A stretch of DNA of 29,498 bases from a virus (lineage: Duplodnaviria; Caudoviricetes), in IMG/VR virus record IMGVR_UViG_3300020042_004974, positions 1 to 29,498 of that record; one strand, given 5' to 3'. The notes under the pieces were generated by a model. The model was not told the origin of the DNA. It ran no database searches and saw only the letters and a program-made list of their open reading frames with translations. Below are positions 7,248 through 16,169 of the stretch, one piece after another; the stretch's first letter is position 1; the number at the start of each line of letters is the position of its first letter. The translations under genes were made by a program, and so were the position numbers.

Positions 7248-7586
7248 ATGGCAGCCGATAATACAATCGATCTAGTAATCAATCAAAAGGCAAGTTTTGA
7301 AGTAACGTTCACAGTTAAAGAAGCTAACACTGCTCTTAACTTGACTGGATATACTACTTCTGCTAAACTAAAGACTGATTTCAATACACCAGACAGTCAG
7401 GCTATTACTTTTACTACAGCAGTTGCCAATGCTGCAGCTGGTCAAGTGACCATGTCACTAACACCAACCCAAACAGCCAACCTTAGTCTGCAACGCTACT
7501 TCTACGATTATACTATTACAGCTAATACTGGTTTTAAGACTCGTATTGTTGAAGGTACTGTTAAGGTAAGTGGCGGGGTGAGCTAA
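7248..7586 (+). CDS. Virion structural / baseplate-tail adaptor-like beta protein
   Basis: LVINQKASF..LNLTGY..GQVTMSLT..T..L..RYFYD..RIVEG.V.V pattern typical of BppU-N-like phage proteins; AAGGA RBS. Confidence 0.7.
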   Translation: MAADNTIDLVINQKASFEVTFTVKEANTALNLTGYTTSAKLKTDFNTPDSQAITFTTAVANAAAGQVTMSLTPTQTANLSLQRYFYDYTITANTGFKTRIVEGTVKVSGGVS

Positions 7587-8872
7587 TGACTACAGTTACA
7601 ACTACCCTCGTATCGGGTCAGAATGCACACGTTGGTGTTGTATCAAGCCGTGGTGAATATTCAGTAACTGTTAACAGTGGTGTACAAGGACCAACTGGCG
7701 CCAATGGCGTAAGCATTACTGCTGCTAACGTTGTTAGTGGTAATCTTGTTCTCACACTTTCCAATACATCAACGATAGATGTTGGAGGAGTTGTTGGAGC
7801 TAACGGAGCTAACGGATCGAATGGAGCTGCTGGTGCTAATGGTGTTAGTATTACTGCCGCTAACGTTGTTTCTGGCAATCTTGTATTAACATTTTCCAAT
7901 ACATCTACTCTTAATGTAGGAGCAGTTGTTGGGGCAAACGGTACTAATGGCAGTAACGGGACTAATGGAACAAATGGTACTAACGGAACCAATGGAACGA
8001 ATGGCACTAACGGAACAAACGGAGTTAGCGTCACAGCAGCAAGTGTTGCAACAGGCAATCTTGTAATTACATTATCCAATACATCAACAATAGATGTAGG
8101 TTCCGTAGCTACCAACGTTGCTGCTCCATACGCTTGGACTAACACTCAATCATTTTCTAACTCAGTCACATTTAGTGGTAGTGCGGTTGTTCCTTCTTCT
8201 AACACATTAGGAACAGCTCTTGGTTCTACTACTCAGCGTTGGGTGTTGATTGCAAACACCGGAACATTTAGTGGAGCAGTATCAGGTATTACAACACTAG
8301 CAACTGGTAATACAACCATCACCGGATTTGCTAACGTCACTACTACTATTCAGGGTGGTTCTACTTTAATAATTGCTGGTGCAGCTTCTGGCATTACTAC
8401 TCTAGCAGCTGGCAATACTACTATTACTGGTTTTGCTAATGTGTCGTCTACTTTGCAAGTAACTGGAGATACAACACTATCAGCTAACTTGACTGTCACT
8501 GGTAACGTGGCTGGCAACACAGCAGGCTTTGCAATCGGTTATAGGGATATACCACAGAACTTTACAAACACATCGATGACGTTAGCGTTAACCGATGCTG
8601 GTAAACATATCCTTACTCAGAACTCTGGTGCATCTACTCAAACGATTACTATTCCACCAAACGGTACAATAGCATTTCAAACAGGAACAGCTATTACAAT
8701 CGTTGTTCAATCAGCTGGAACAATAGCAGTAGCAAACGGCGCTGGCGTGTCAATGTACCTTACTGGTAACAGCACTGCTAAATCGACCGTAACTCTCAGC
8801 TCCTATAGTATGGCAACCCTACTGAAGATTGGTACAAATTCCTGGATTGTTAGCGGTACAGGAGCTACTTAA
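7586..8872 (+). CDS. Tail fibre-like protein with collagen-like Gly-X-Asn repeats
   Basis: G/T/S/A/N-rich; GxN triplets; internal repeats; C-terminal IGYRDIPQN...DAGKHI...ATLLKIGTNSW domain. Confidence 0.8.
   Translation: MTTVTTTLVSGQNAHVGVVSSRGEYSVTVNSGVQGPTGANGVSITAANVVSGNLVLTLSNTSTIDVGGVVGANGANGSNGAAGANGVSITAANVVSGNLVLTFSNTSTLNVGAVVGANGTNGSNGTNGTNGTNGTNGTNGTNGTNGVSVTAASVATGNLVITLSNTSTIDVGSVATNVAAPYAWTNTQSFSNSVTFSGSAVVPSSNTLGTALGSTTQRWVLIANTGTFSGAVSGITTLATGNTTITGFANVTTTIQGGSTLIIAGAASGITTLAAGNTTITGFANVSSTLQVTGDTTLSANLTVTGNVAGNTAGFAIGYRDIPQNFTNTSMTLALTDAGKHILTQNSGASTQTITIPPNGTIAFQTGTAITIVVQSAGTIAVANGAGVSMYLTGNSTAKSTVTLSSYSMATLLKIGTNSWIVSGTGAT
7697..8106 (+). repeat. Three ~30-aa NGVS.TAA.V..GNLV.T.SNTST..VG units separated by Gly-X-Asn triplets
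   Basis: Visible in the translation; degenerate 9-bp tandem array at 7931-8023. Confidence 0.9.
8282..8443 (+). repeat. Duplicated 19-aa unit SGITTLA(T/A)GNTTITGFANV
   Basis: Copies at 8282-8338 and 8387-8443. Confidence 0.85.
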
Positions 8873-9582
8873 TGGGCGGCATTATGCAAACGCTGCGTGG
8901 AAGCTTTAGCGTTGCAGCCAGTGGTCCAACATTAGTTATGGACTTGGATGCTGCAAACTATTCAGCTATTCCTAGTAATGGTACAACGATAGCGGGAACG
9001 GGTGCTTACACTATCACAACATTAAATGCTGGTAGCAGTATGTCATGGGCTGCTACTAACGGAGGAATATTTCGTAAGACTTCAGCTACTGCCACAGACA
9101 TGCTAACGTTCGGTCCAAATTATTCGTCAACCACTCAGGCCTATAGTGTAATGATGGTCTATAGATCGGTATCGGGCACGGCAGGCAGATTGTTGAATGC
9201 TAACACCGCAAGCCCAGACTGGTTAATGGGACTATGGGGCAGTGGTGCTGGCGTACAAGACATTTTCTTCAATGGAGCATTTGTGGGTAGTAGCAGTACA
9301 GCTCAAAACGGCTCTTGGAGATTTGGGTGGTTTACATTCAACGGAACCAATACTACAAATGCCTATGCCGCCGGTAGCACTGCACCAACAACCACACATG
9401 GAACTAGAGCCGGTACTGGTGGATTTAATGGATTGAGGTTGTTTGGTAGATTCAGTACCACTACAACAAACGTGGAAAATGTGACGGCCGATGTTGGTCT
9501 AGTCAAATTGTGGAGTGGTGCATTGACTCTTGCTCAGATACAAGCTGAGCATGCAACATATAAAACAAGATTTGGGTATTAA
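8872..9582 (+). CDS. Concanavalin A-like / LamG lectin domain virion protein (putative receptor binding)
   Basis: N-terminal LVMDLDAANYS and C-terminal VGLVKLWSGALTLAQI..EH..YKTRFGY, typical of phage LamG proteins. Confidence 0.8.
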   Translation: MGGIMQTLRGSFSVAASGPTLVMDLDAANYSAIPSNGTTIAGTGAYTITTLNAGSSMSWAATNGGIFRKTSATATDMLTFGPNYSSTTQAYSVMMVYRSVSGTAGRLLNANTASPDWLMGLWGSGAGVQDIFFNGAFVGSSSTAQNGSWRFGWFTFNGTNTTNAYAAGSTAPTTTHGTRAGTGGFNGLRLFGRFSTTTTNVENVTADVGLVKLWSGALTLAQIQAEHATYKTRFGY

Positions 9583-9588
9583 TAAATA
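9582..9588 (+). promoter_or_regulatory. T4-type late promoter
   Basis: ATAAATA ending 5 nt before the ATG at 9594. Confidence 0.65.
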
Positions 9589-9593
9589 ATGCT

Positions 9594-11711
9594 ATGGACA
9601 TAGAAACTCGCAAGAAAATATCCCGGGCAATGAAGGGGAAATCGAACTTTGAAGGGCATAAACATACGCATGCTTCAAAGATTGCCATTGCTTTCTCACA
9701 GGAAGGCCATAAAAACGCTAAAGATCATAAGTGGGCTGTTGATAAAGAGACGGGGAAAGAAACACGTATAAAGCCTGGCGCACACCTTCCTAGAGGGAAT
9801 AAATGGGGTCGCACAGCTGGGTTTAAAGAATGGATCAAGGAAGAAGTGTTGTTGGAAAAGAAAAAGGTTGCAGATGCTATCGAGGACTTTACTCAATTTG
9901 CAAAACAACACCTTAATTTAGATTCTCTTCCGCAGATAGATCTCAACTACGATTTAGAAGCAGCAGAGAAGTTTGGTGCTTTTGGTGGTTATTATCCAGA
10001 AGAGCAGCGTATTGAATTGAACGTTGCTGGTAGACACACAATGGATATTCTTCGTACGCTTGCACACGAGCTTGTTCACTACCGTCAAGGATCAACCGAG
10101 CCTTTGCCAGAGGATGCTGGTGATACCGGATCCCCATACGAGAACGAAGCAAATGCATTGGCCGGTGTTATGATGAGAGAGTATGGCCAACAAAACGCTG
10201 GTATGTTTAGTGAGAATTTTATTGATGGTCGTAATCCACAAGACAAAGGTGATGTGGCTCGCCACGGTTTAAAAAACAAAACTATGGCTCAATTGAAAAA
10301 GATTAGAAGTTCCAAAACAGCAACTCCAAGACAAAAACAATTAGCACATTGGTCTATCAATATGCACAAAGAGAGTGTTGTGATGGAAGATTTGCGTAAG
10401 TGGTTTAGAGAAAAATGGGTCCGTATGGACACTAAGGGTAACATTAAGGGTGATTGTGCAAGAGAGCCTGGAGAGGGGAAACCCAAATGTTTACCGTTAG
10501 CCAAAGCTCAAGCGATGGATAAAAAAGATAGAGCTACTGCTACTCGTAGAAAGAGAAGAGAAGATCCAAATCCTGATCGTCAGGGAGCTCCGATCAACGT
10601 AAAGACAGAAGAATATAATAACTCTGTCAAGAGATTAGAAGGTACAACAAGTCTTGCTAAGATCTATAAAAAAGATACACCAGGTCAAACAAACAAGACT
10701 CTGAAAGAGCAAAACATGAATGGCTATAATAATTGGAACAATGCTGAGCCCGTAAAGTATGCTAAACATCTAGAAAAGTTCTTTGGTAAACCAAAAGAGC
10801 TTACAGACAACAGAGCTATCTGGCATGATGTTGATAGCTTCAAAAGAATTGAAGTGTTAGATGAATATATTATGCATGCCTCTCCTGCCCCACACCACGA
10901 CTTCGTATACTGCTACCTAGATTTAAAAGTTCCAACCAACTTAGCAAATAAGTTAGCAGAGAGCAGCGAGAGCATAACGATTGACTTTTTAAAGAATGAA
11001 GTTGGGGCTAGATGTGCAAGCTTGGCAGCAAACGCAGTTACATTAAATTATGTTATGGACGTTGTAGAGAAGAAAATAACACCATCTAAACAAGCATATG
11101 AAAAAAGAATTATGGATATGCATGCTATGTTTGAGAATGGAAAGAGGTTTCAGCTTGACTGGTGGCCAGACACAACAAAAGATACAGATCCTAAAAACCC
11201 TTACTACAAACTAACAGAATCTTGTAACCATTCAAAAGAAGAAAATATGATTAACGAAAAGAATGTACCAACCCAACCAGAAAAATGGGCTCAAGCAAAA
11301 GCTCAAGCTAAGCAAAAGTTTGACGTCTATCCATCAGCATATGCTAATGGGTGGGCTGCTAAGAAGTATAAAGCAATGGGTGGAAGCTGGAAGTCGGTAG
11401 CCGAGGCTAGCTCACCAGCACAGCAAGCAGCAATAGCGATTGCCAAAAAGAATGATGAACCCGGACAGAATAAAAGATCTCTAAAACAACTAAGAGAAAT
11501 GATCGGCCAAAAGCCTAAGTGTGATGTTTGTGGTGATAACATGGTTCGTGGAAGAAAGCATGAGTGCACAGTGAAAGAAGCTCGCATGAGTGCTGCTATG
11601 AAACTTCACCGTGCGTTCACAAGAGAACAAGAGAAGTCTGCTGCTTCTCGCGCTCGTGCTGAGAAGTTGCTGAACCCTACACCTCCAGCACCCATCGTTC
11701 CTAAAAAATAA
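9594..11711 (+). CDS. Modular late protein (NUMOD3-like N-terminus, HExxH metallopeptidase-like domain, several basic modules); putative head-packaged protein
   Basis: RKKISRAMKGK; LRTLAHELVHYRQ...ENEANA; LRKWFREKWV...PKCLP; PSAYANGWAAKKYK.MGGSW; CDVC...HEC. Confidence 0.7.
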   Translation: MDIETRKKISRAMKGKSNFEGHKHTHASKIAIAFSQEGHKNAKDHKWAVDKETGKETRIKPGAHLPRGNKWGRTAGFKEWIKEEVLLEKKKVADAIEDFTQFAKQHLNLDSLPQIDLNYDLEAAEKFGAFGGYYPEEQRIELNVAGRHTMDILRTLAHELVHYRQGSTEPLPEDAGDTGSPYENEANALAGVMMREYGQQNAGMFSENFIDGRNPQDKGDVARHGLKNKTMAQLKKIRSSKTATPRQKQLAHWSINMHKESVVMEDLRKWFREKWVRMDTKGNIKGDCAREPGEGKPKCLPLAKAQAMDKKDRATATRRKRREDPNPDRQGAPINVKTEEYNNSVKRLEGTTSLAKIYKKDTPGQTNKTLKEQNMNGYNNWNNAEPVKYAKHLEKFFGKPKELTDNRAIWHDVDSFKRIEVLDEYIMHASPAPHHDFVYCYLDLKVPTNLANKLAESSESITIDFLKNEVGARCASLAANAVTLNYVMDVVEKKITPSKQAYEKRIMDMHAMFENGKRFQLDWWPDTTKDTDPKNPYYKLTESCNHSKEENMINEKNVPTQPEKWAQAKAQAKQKFDVYPSAYANGWAAKKYKAMGGSWKSVAEASSPAQQAAIAIAKKNDEPGQNKRSLKQLREMIGQKPKCDVCGDNMVRGRKHECTVKEARMSAAMKLHRAFTREQEKSAASRARAEKLLNPTPPAPIVPKK

Positions 11712-11714
11712 TGT

Positions 11715-12266
11715 ATGTACAGGATATTTCTTCAGTCTAAGAGGCTGATAGTCGTTGAGTCGACCGAAAAAGAGTTTAGACAGAAGTATCCCGGCCAATA
11801 CGAGCTTATCCAATCGGTTGCTGAGTATGATAACCTCGAGAAGGTGATCGAGCGTTTAACGAAGGATTATAAGGCCCAAGACGTAGTAAGAGACTACAAA
11901 GAGCTTAAGCGTTGGGGATGGAAGTATTTTACGGAAGAGATTCGCCGTAAATGTATTGAAGCTAGGATTGGTAAGCCTAGACCCCTAGAATCAAATGCCA
12001 AGGTCTCTGCGACCATGAAAGGCAAATCCAATTTCGAAGGAAGACGTCATAATCAAATTACAAAGATTATGATCGCATCTAGTCGCTTCGGTAAATCAAA
12101 TATCCAAAAAGGACAACGTTGGTGTCACCATCCCGAATCAGGAAAAGAGTTACGTTGTTTTGAGGAACAAAAGCCAGCAGGATTCAGATGGGGTAGAAGT
12201 CCCGAGTTCAAGGACTATATCAACTCAGCCAAGCGTGTTCGTGTGCTTGTTGATTCGGAGACTTAG
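11715..12266 (+). CDS. NUMOD3-type DNA-binding protein (homing-endonuclease-derived, no clear nuclease motif)
   Basis: KVSATMKGKSNFEGRRH...RW....GKE.R....P.GFRWGR. Confidence 0.65.
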   Translation: MYRIFLQSKRLIVVESTEKEFRQKYPGQYELIQSVAEYDNLEKVIERLTKDYKAQDVVRDYKELKRWGWKYFTEEIRRKCIEARIGKPRPLESNAKVSATMKGKSNFEGRRHNQITKIMIASSRFGKSNIQKGQRWCHHPESGKELRCFEEQKPAGFRWGRSPEFKDYINSAKRVRVLVDSET

Positions 12267-12455
12267 GTCTCTGGTTTCCGACATAAGTTTATTATCAACC
12301 ATTCGAAGCCTTTGCTCCAACCGAATCAATCTCACTAGCAAGTATCCCATTGCTACGACAAGCAGGGTAACAGTCGTGCCCCATCCAGCAATGATGCTAT
12401 AGGTCCATATCCAAAGGTCGGATACATTCGATGTTAGGAATGTAATCGGGTTCAT
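12225..12455 (-). CDS. Small membrane protein
   Basis: 76 aa with one TM segment followed by a charged tail. Confidence 0.65.
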   Translation of the reverse strand: MNPITFLTSNVSDLWIWTYSIIAGWGTTVTLLVVAMGYLLVRLIRLEQRLRMVDNKLMSETRDLSLRINKHTNTLG

Positions 12456-12595
12456 TATGACTCCAAATATTCAAGCAATGTTTGACCAAGCTCTTTACCA
12501 GCTCTGAACGCATCTTTAGCAAAAGCCCACAATACGCCGACTACAATAATCGGTAGAGCTATTGCAAAACAAATACCAGTTATAATTTTCTTCAT
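12455..12595 (-). CDS. Small membrane protein (46 aa)
   Basis: Manual translation MKKIITGICFAIALPIIVVGVLWAFAKDAFRAGKELGQTLLEYLES; coupled on both sides. Confidence 0.7.
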   Translation of the reverse strand: MKKIITGICFAIALPIIVVGVLWAFAKDAFRAGKELGQTLLEYLES

Positions 12596-12840
12596 TCTAA
12601 ATCCAAGTTAGTATACTTCTTTAGTTTTTCGTACTTCTCTTCGTAATAGCTTTCCGTCTTTGTTAAAGAGTACATATCAAACTGATGCATTATATCAAGA
12701 ATGCAAAATAAGTCTCCAAGTTCCTTTTCCAATTGGAAGTGGTTATCCTTCTCGCCAAACCGTATACACTTGCTTGCAGCTTGGATTACCTCGGCACACT
12801 CCTCTTGCAGCAATTGCAAAAGTTCATGCTCAGCGGTCAT
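12592..12840 (-). CDS. MazG-like all-alpha NTP pyrophosphohydrolase
   Basis: LQEECAEVIQAASK...LEKELGDL (EExxE...ExxD); start at the ATGA overlap, 12840. Confidence 0.85.
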   Translation of the reverse strand: MTAEHELLQLLQEECAEVIQAASKCIRFGEKDNHFQLEKELGDLFCILDIMHQFDMYSLTKTESYYEEKYEKLKKYTNLDLE

Positions 12841-13031
12841 GTTATGTTTCGTTTCAGTTTTCGGCATGCTTCTTTCACCTCTATTGGGAAGTCGGGACTA
12901 TTCTCGGAAATACTACAATCGTACCTTACAGTATGTGGCTGATGCATGTTGATAAAAACTATGCCAGTTGCCACAGTAAGCATAATTGCACCAAATATTG
13001 AAATCGCCAACCCATCTTCAAACACGTTCAC
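12837..13031 (-). CDS. Small membrane-anchored protein with two Cys
   Basis: TM segment then YDCSISE.SPDFP.EVKEACR. Confidence 0.75.
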   Translation of the reverse strand: MNVFEDGLAISIFGAIMLTVATGIVFINMHQPHTVRYDCSISENSPDFPIEVKEACRKLKRNIT

Positions 13032-14188
13032 ATGAACCCCACTTTTCTCGAGATTGTTTTGTTAGCGTGTTGTTGCACTTCTCCGTTAAAGATCTCAGCA
13101 ATTGAGTATGAGTCTTTTGTTAGCTTAGCAGGGTCAATGTCAACCTTCTTGGCTAAGGCAACAGCTTGTTCTTTTGTAAGATTATCAAAGTGCAAGATAT
13201 CAAAGCAACGACCTGGTCTCACCAATGCTGCGTCGACATCACGGATCGATGGTAGGTTAGTAGAGAATACCAACTTCTTACCCTTCGTGGTGACTAGTCC
13301 ATCTCCCACATTAAGGAAGCGGTGCATCATTGAATTACCATCGCTACGAGCTTTCAAGAATGTATCAGCATCTTCCATCACCATCACGTTTGCTTCACCC
13401 TCAATAAACTGAGCAAACACATAATCCTTTTCTAGGATAGTAGCATCATATGTAACGACAGCGCTCGATCTTGTATGTTGCAATAGGCCACGGATGAATG
13501 TCGTCTTACCAGTTCCTGGTGGTCCGATCAACAACAGAATTGATGCATCAGACTCGATGTAGCGGTCGTAGTAGTCCTCAATAGACTCCTCACCAAGGAA
13601 AGGATACATCTCAGATAACGGGGTTCTGTCTGTACGAAGTGGTACATTAACAGATGAGCCATCAGATGAGTACATCCACTCGATATACGATTCTGCAATC
13701 TCAAACTCGGAAGAGCATTGTCCTACAAATGCATCGATCTCTTCTCGCGTTCCATACACCTTGATAGTGATCGCGTTGGCATTCAACTCACAAGACATCC
13801 ATGAGGTCGTCTCTTCGTTGATTATAATCATACCACTATTAGAGTAGTGGATTACTCGGTACGGTAATGTACCGTTGTATGTTCGTTTGGCAAAATCAAC
13901 CCACAATAGCTTAGTTGCAATTAAGGTGATCTCTTCCATTAGAGTATCTTTACCCTCACGCTTAAACATAAGTTTAGTTGTGATGTGATCAGATAGGTCT
14001 GATGATGCTAAAAATAATTCGTTTGTATTAGATGACATTGGTTCTTCTCGCCAGGTCCATGATTTGTTAAATTTCTTTGCTCTTCTTCTACGACGAAGAC
14101 TTTTAAATGATTTGGTAGGACGAGTGACTCGCCCTTCATTTAAAATAGCCGCAAGTGCTTTGTCAAGATGTCTTATTATGTCCGACAT
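13028..14188 (-). CDS. AAA+ ATPase
   Basis: Walker A GPPGTGKT, Walker B VMVMEDAD, sensor STN and second region of homology DAALVRPGR. Confidence 0.93.
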   Translation of the reverse strand: MSDIIRHLDKALAAILNEGRVTRPTKSFKSLRRRRRAKKFNKSWTWREEPMSSNTNELFLASSDLSDHITTKLMFKREGKDTLMEEITLIATKLLWVDFAKRTYNGTLPYRVIHYSNSGMIIINEETTSWMSCELNANAITIKVYGTREEIDAFVGQCSSEFEIAESYIEWMYSSDGSSVNVPLRTDRTPLSEMYPFLGEESIEDYYDRYIESDASILLLIGPPGTGKTTFIRGLLQHTRSSAVVTYDATILEKDYVFAQFIEGEANVMVMEDADTFLKARSDGNSMMHRFLNVGDGLVTTKGKKLVFSTNLPSIRDVDAALVRPGRCFDILHFDNLTKEQAVALAKKVDIDPAKLTKDSYSIAEIFNGEVQQHANKTISRKVGFM

Positions 14189-14717
14189 CGATCAATGCTC
14201 GCTTCTCATTAATGTAATATAGCTTGCCTCTTGTACTATGCAAAACACTTGACGTCGCCTCGGGGCTAGTAAGCGCTTCGGTTATACAATCCAAACAGAT
14301 GTCATGTCCGTTCCACCAATGGGTAAGGAAGCGTACATCAATCTTCTTTGTATTGTCACTCAAACCCCAGATAATGTCAACAGTTTTCTTTGTCTCTTTA
14401 CAACATTCACATTGTAGACGTTTTTGGTTCTTTGGGAGGGTCTCAAAATGCTTTTTAATTTCAACCAATAAGCAAGTAGGACACAACGAGTCCTTGGTGT
14501 TGGATATTCCAAGTCTTGACCCACTGCTTACTTTACCCATGTACTCGGGGCGCTTGAAATCCATCCTCACATTGCATGAGGTGCACCGATATGGATTGAG
14601 TTTATACTTTACCGTTCTCCAGAAATATCCTAGATCGGTTTCAGTAGGCATCCATGTTGGAATTGGGATCTTTATATAACGTTGCATCATCATTCTCATT
14701 TGCAAATTCTTCTTCAA
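14163..14717 (-). CDS. Hypothetical protein with four CxxC pairs (start uncertain)
   Basis: CTSC, CPTC, CECC, CLDC. Confidence 0.7.
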   Translation of the reverse strand: MKKNLQMRMMMQRYIKIPIPTWMPTETDLGYFWRTVKYKLNPYRCTSCNVRMDFKRPEYMGKVSSGSRLGISNTKDSLCPTCLLVEIKKHFETLPKNQKRLQCECCKETKKTVDIIWGLSDNTKKIDVRFLTHWWNGHDICLDCITEALTSPEATSSVLHSTRGKLYYINEKRALIDVGHNKTS

Positions 14718-14844
14718 TGTTCGCTCTTAGCAGACTTTCATAATCTTCTAAGAGGTCGTAGTCGGAATAGTCTTCATAGTACTCTCGTTCTTCTCCACCG
14801 ATAGAAGCGATCCTATCGATGAGTTGTTCTCTTAGTGCCTTCAT
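14641..14844 (-). CDS. Hypothetical acidic protein
   Basis: ATGA-coupled start MKALREQ. Confidence 0.6.
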   Translation of the reverse strand: MKALREQLIDRIASIGGEEREYYEDYSDYDLLEDYESLLRANIEEEFANENDDATLYKDPNSNMDAY

Positions 14845-15206
14845 GACCAAGTCCTATGATCTTCTGCTATATGCTCAAGTCCATCATACTCACAGATGTG
14901 CCACTTAACATCGTCTGGTATATCTATGATTGCTAGATCCGAAGCCCATCCCCATGAGTCTTTACCCAACTCTTCGATAACTGCAATCAAATCTGGATCT
15001 GAACGGTCGTCGAAGAAACCATATTCACTGAGATATGTTTCCTCAGACTGAGGACCATCTGCTCTGTAATAATCAAATTCGTTTCCGCGCATTTGATACT
15101 TGGCAGGCACTTTATTAAATGCAATACCTTTGCGCTCTAACAACTTCTCGAAAGCTTGATTCGAGATACCAAAACCACCAAAGCATCTATTAATTACTAC
15201 TTTCAT
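14841..15206 (-). CDS. Hypothetical phage protein
   Basis: MKVVINRCFGGFG.S...R.DPDLIAVIEELG...IPDDV.W.I.EYDG.E pattern. Confidence 0.85.
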   Translation of the reverse strand: MKVVINRCFGGFGISNQAFEKLLERKGIAFNKVPAKYQMRGNEFDYYRADGPQSEETYLSEYGFFDDRSDPDLIAVIEELGKDSWGWASDLAIIDIPDDVKWHICEYDGLEHIAEDHRTWS

Positions 15207-15207
15207 T

Positions 15208-15561
15208 TTAACCTCTTCTCATCCTTGCTACATCATGCGCAGATTCGCTACTAAAAATTGGAACCAAATTAGACTTATGCATTGCTGCAATACCAATCAT
15301 CTGATCGCCAGTATACACCGGACGAGCAGTCTTTGTTGCAACAGCAGCACCACTATTCAATGATTTATGCTGTCGGTGATCGAGCGCTCCAGGACGAAGC
15401 GACATCAGCTTAGGCTCAGCCCAAGGCTTAACAATTTGCTGAGTCCGTCCTTTGTTGTCGGACAGGCCATACTTCTCTTTATACAAATCCCAAGCATCTT
15501 TTTGCTTCTGCTTTTGTTTGCGAGTCTTTTTAGACTGGGTACTCAAATATACAATACTCAT
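15208..15561 (-). CDS. Basic hypothetical protein of T4-like phages
   Basis: VYTG..MIGIA.MHKSNLVPIF...ARMRR; start MSIV after AAGGA. Confidence 0.8.
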   Translation of the reverse strand: MSIVYLSTQSKKTRKQKQKQKDAWDLYKEKYGLSDNKGRTQQIVKPWAEPKLMSLRPGALDHRQHKSLNSGAAVATKTARPVYTGDQMIGIAAMHKSNLVPIFSSESAHDVARMRRG

Positions 15562-15586
15562 AATAATCCTTGAAATGTTCAATACA

Positions 15587-15652
15587 TTATAGGTCTGTTA
15601 ATTGTTATAGATACCGTTCACCCGATATCGTTTGCTTTTAACAGACCTATAA
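15587..15652 (-). repeat. Perfect 15-bp inverted repeat enclosing an inner hairpin
   Basis: TTATAGGTCTGTTAA (15587-15601) and TTAACAGACCTATAA (15638-15652). Confidence 0.9.
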
Positions 15653-15680
15653 CCCCTATACAAGGGCCATAGGAAAATAC

Positions 15681-16169
15681 TTACTTAAATACGCGCGATA
15701 CGTAGTAGTAAGCGTTGGCAAACGTAATGCCAAGTTCCATCTGAATCAGCTTAGCGATATCGCTATGCTTCTTATCACGGTTAGCCTCAAAAATCTCCAA
15801 GGCTTTGGCTTTCTTATCGCCACCACGTTTAGACGTTGCAGTTGCTTCCACGGTACTCTCCTTCATAACAAAACAATAGGGATGATTCACCTTCATATTA
15901 GCGAGCTTCTCATTAGCCTTTGTTAAGGCAAACTCCGGTATGTAGTCTTCACGTTGTAATATTGCTTGCTCAATTAAACATTTTGCAATGATCGCTGCAT
16001 CAATAGTATCACGTACAGGCTTACAACCTAACGCACTAATAATCTGATTGGATGTAATGAATGGGTCGGACGCTTCGGAAATAGCCAAGCTAACATTCTG
16101 AATTGCTCGATTGATCGAACCGTTCGGATTGATATCGTACTTCTTGAACACACCTTGAATATTAACCAT
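15681..16169 (-). CDS. Hypothetical early protein with C-terminal HTH-like domain
   Basis: KKAKALEIF...SDIAKLIQMELGITFANAYYY; AAGGA RBS; first gene after a promoter. Confidence 0.7.
   Translation of the reverse strand: MVNIQGVFKKYDINPNGSINRAIQNVSLAISEASDPFITSNQIISALGCKPVRDTIDAAIIAKCLIEQAILQREDYIPEFALTKANEKLANMKVNHPYCFVMKESTVEATATSKRGGDKKAKALEIFEANRDKKHSDIAKLIQMELGITFANAYYYVSRVFK

Noticed and set aside
15587-15652. Invertible promoter or intrinsic terminator
   Set aside because: Neither spacer orientation places a -35 box 17 bp from the TATAAT, no recombinase is nearby, and no U-tract follows the stem.
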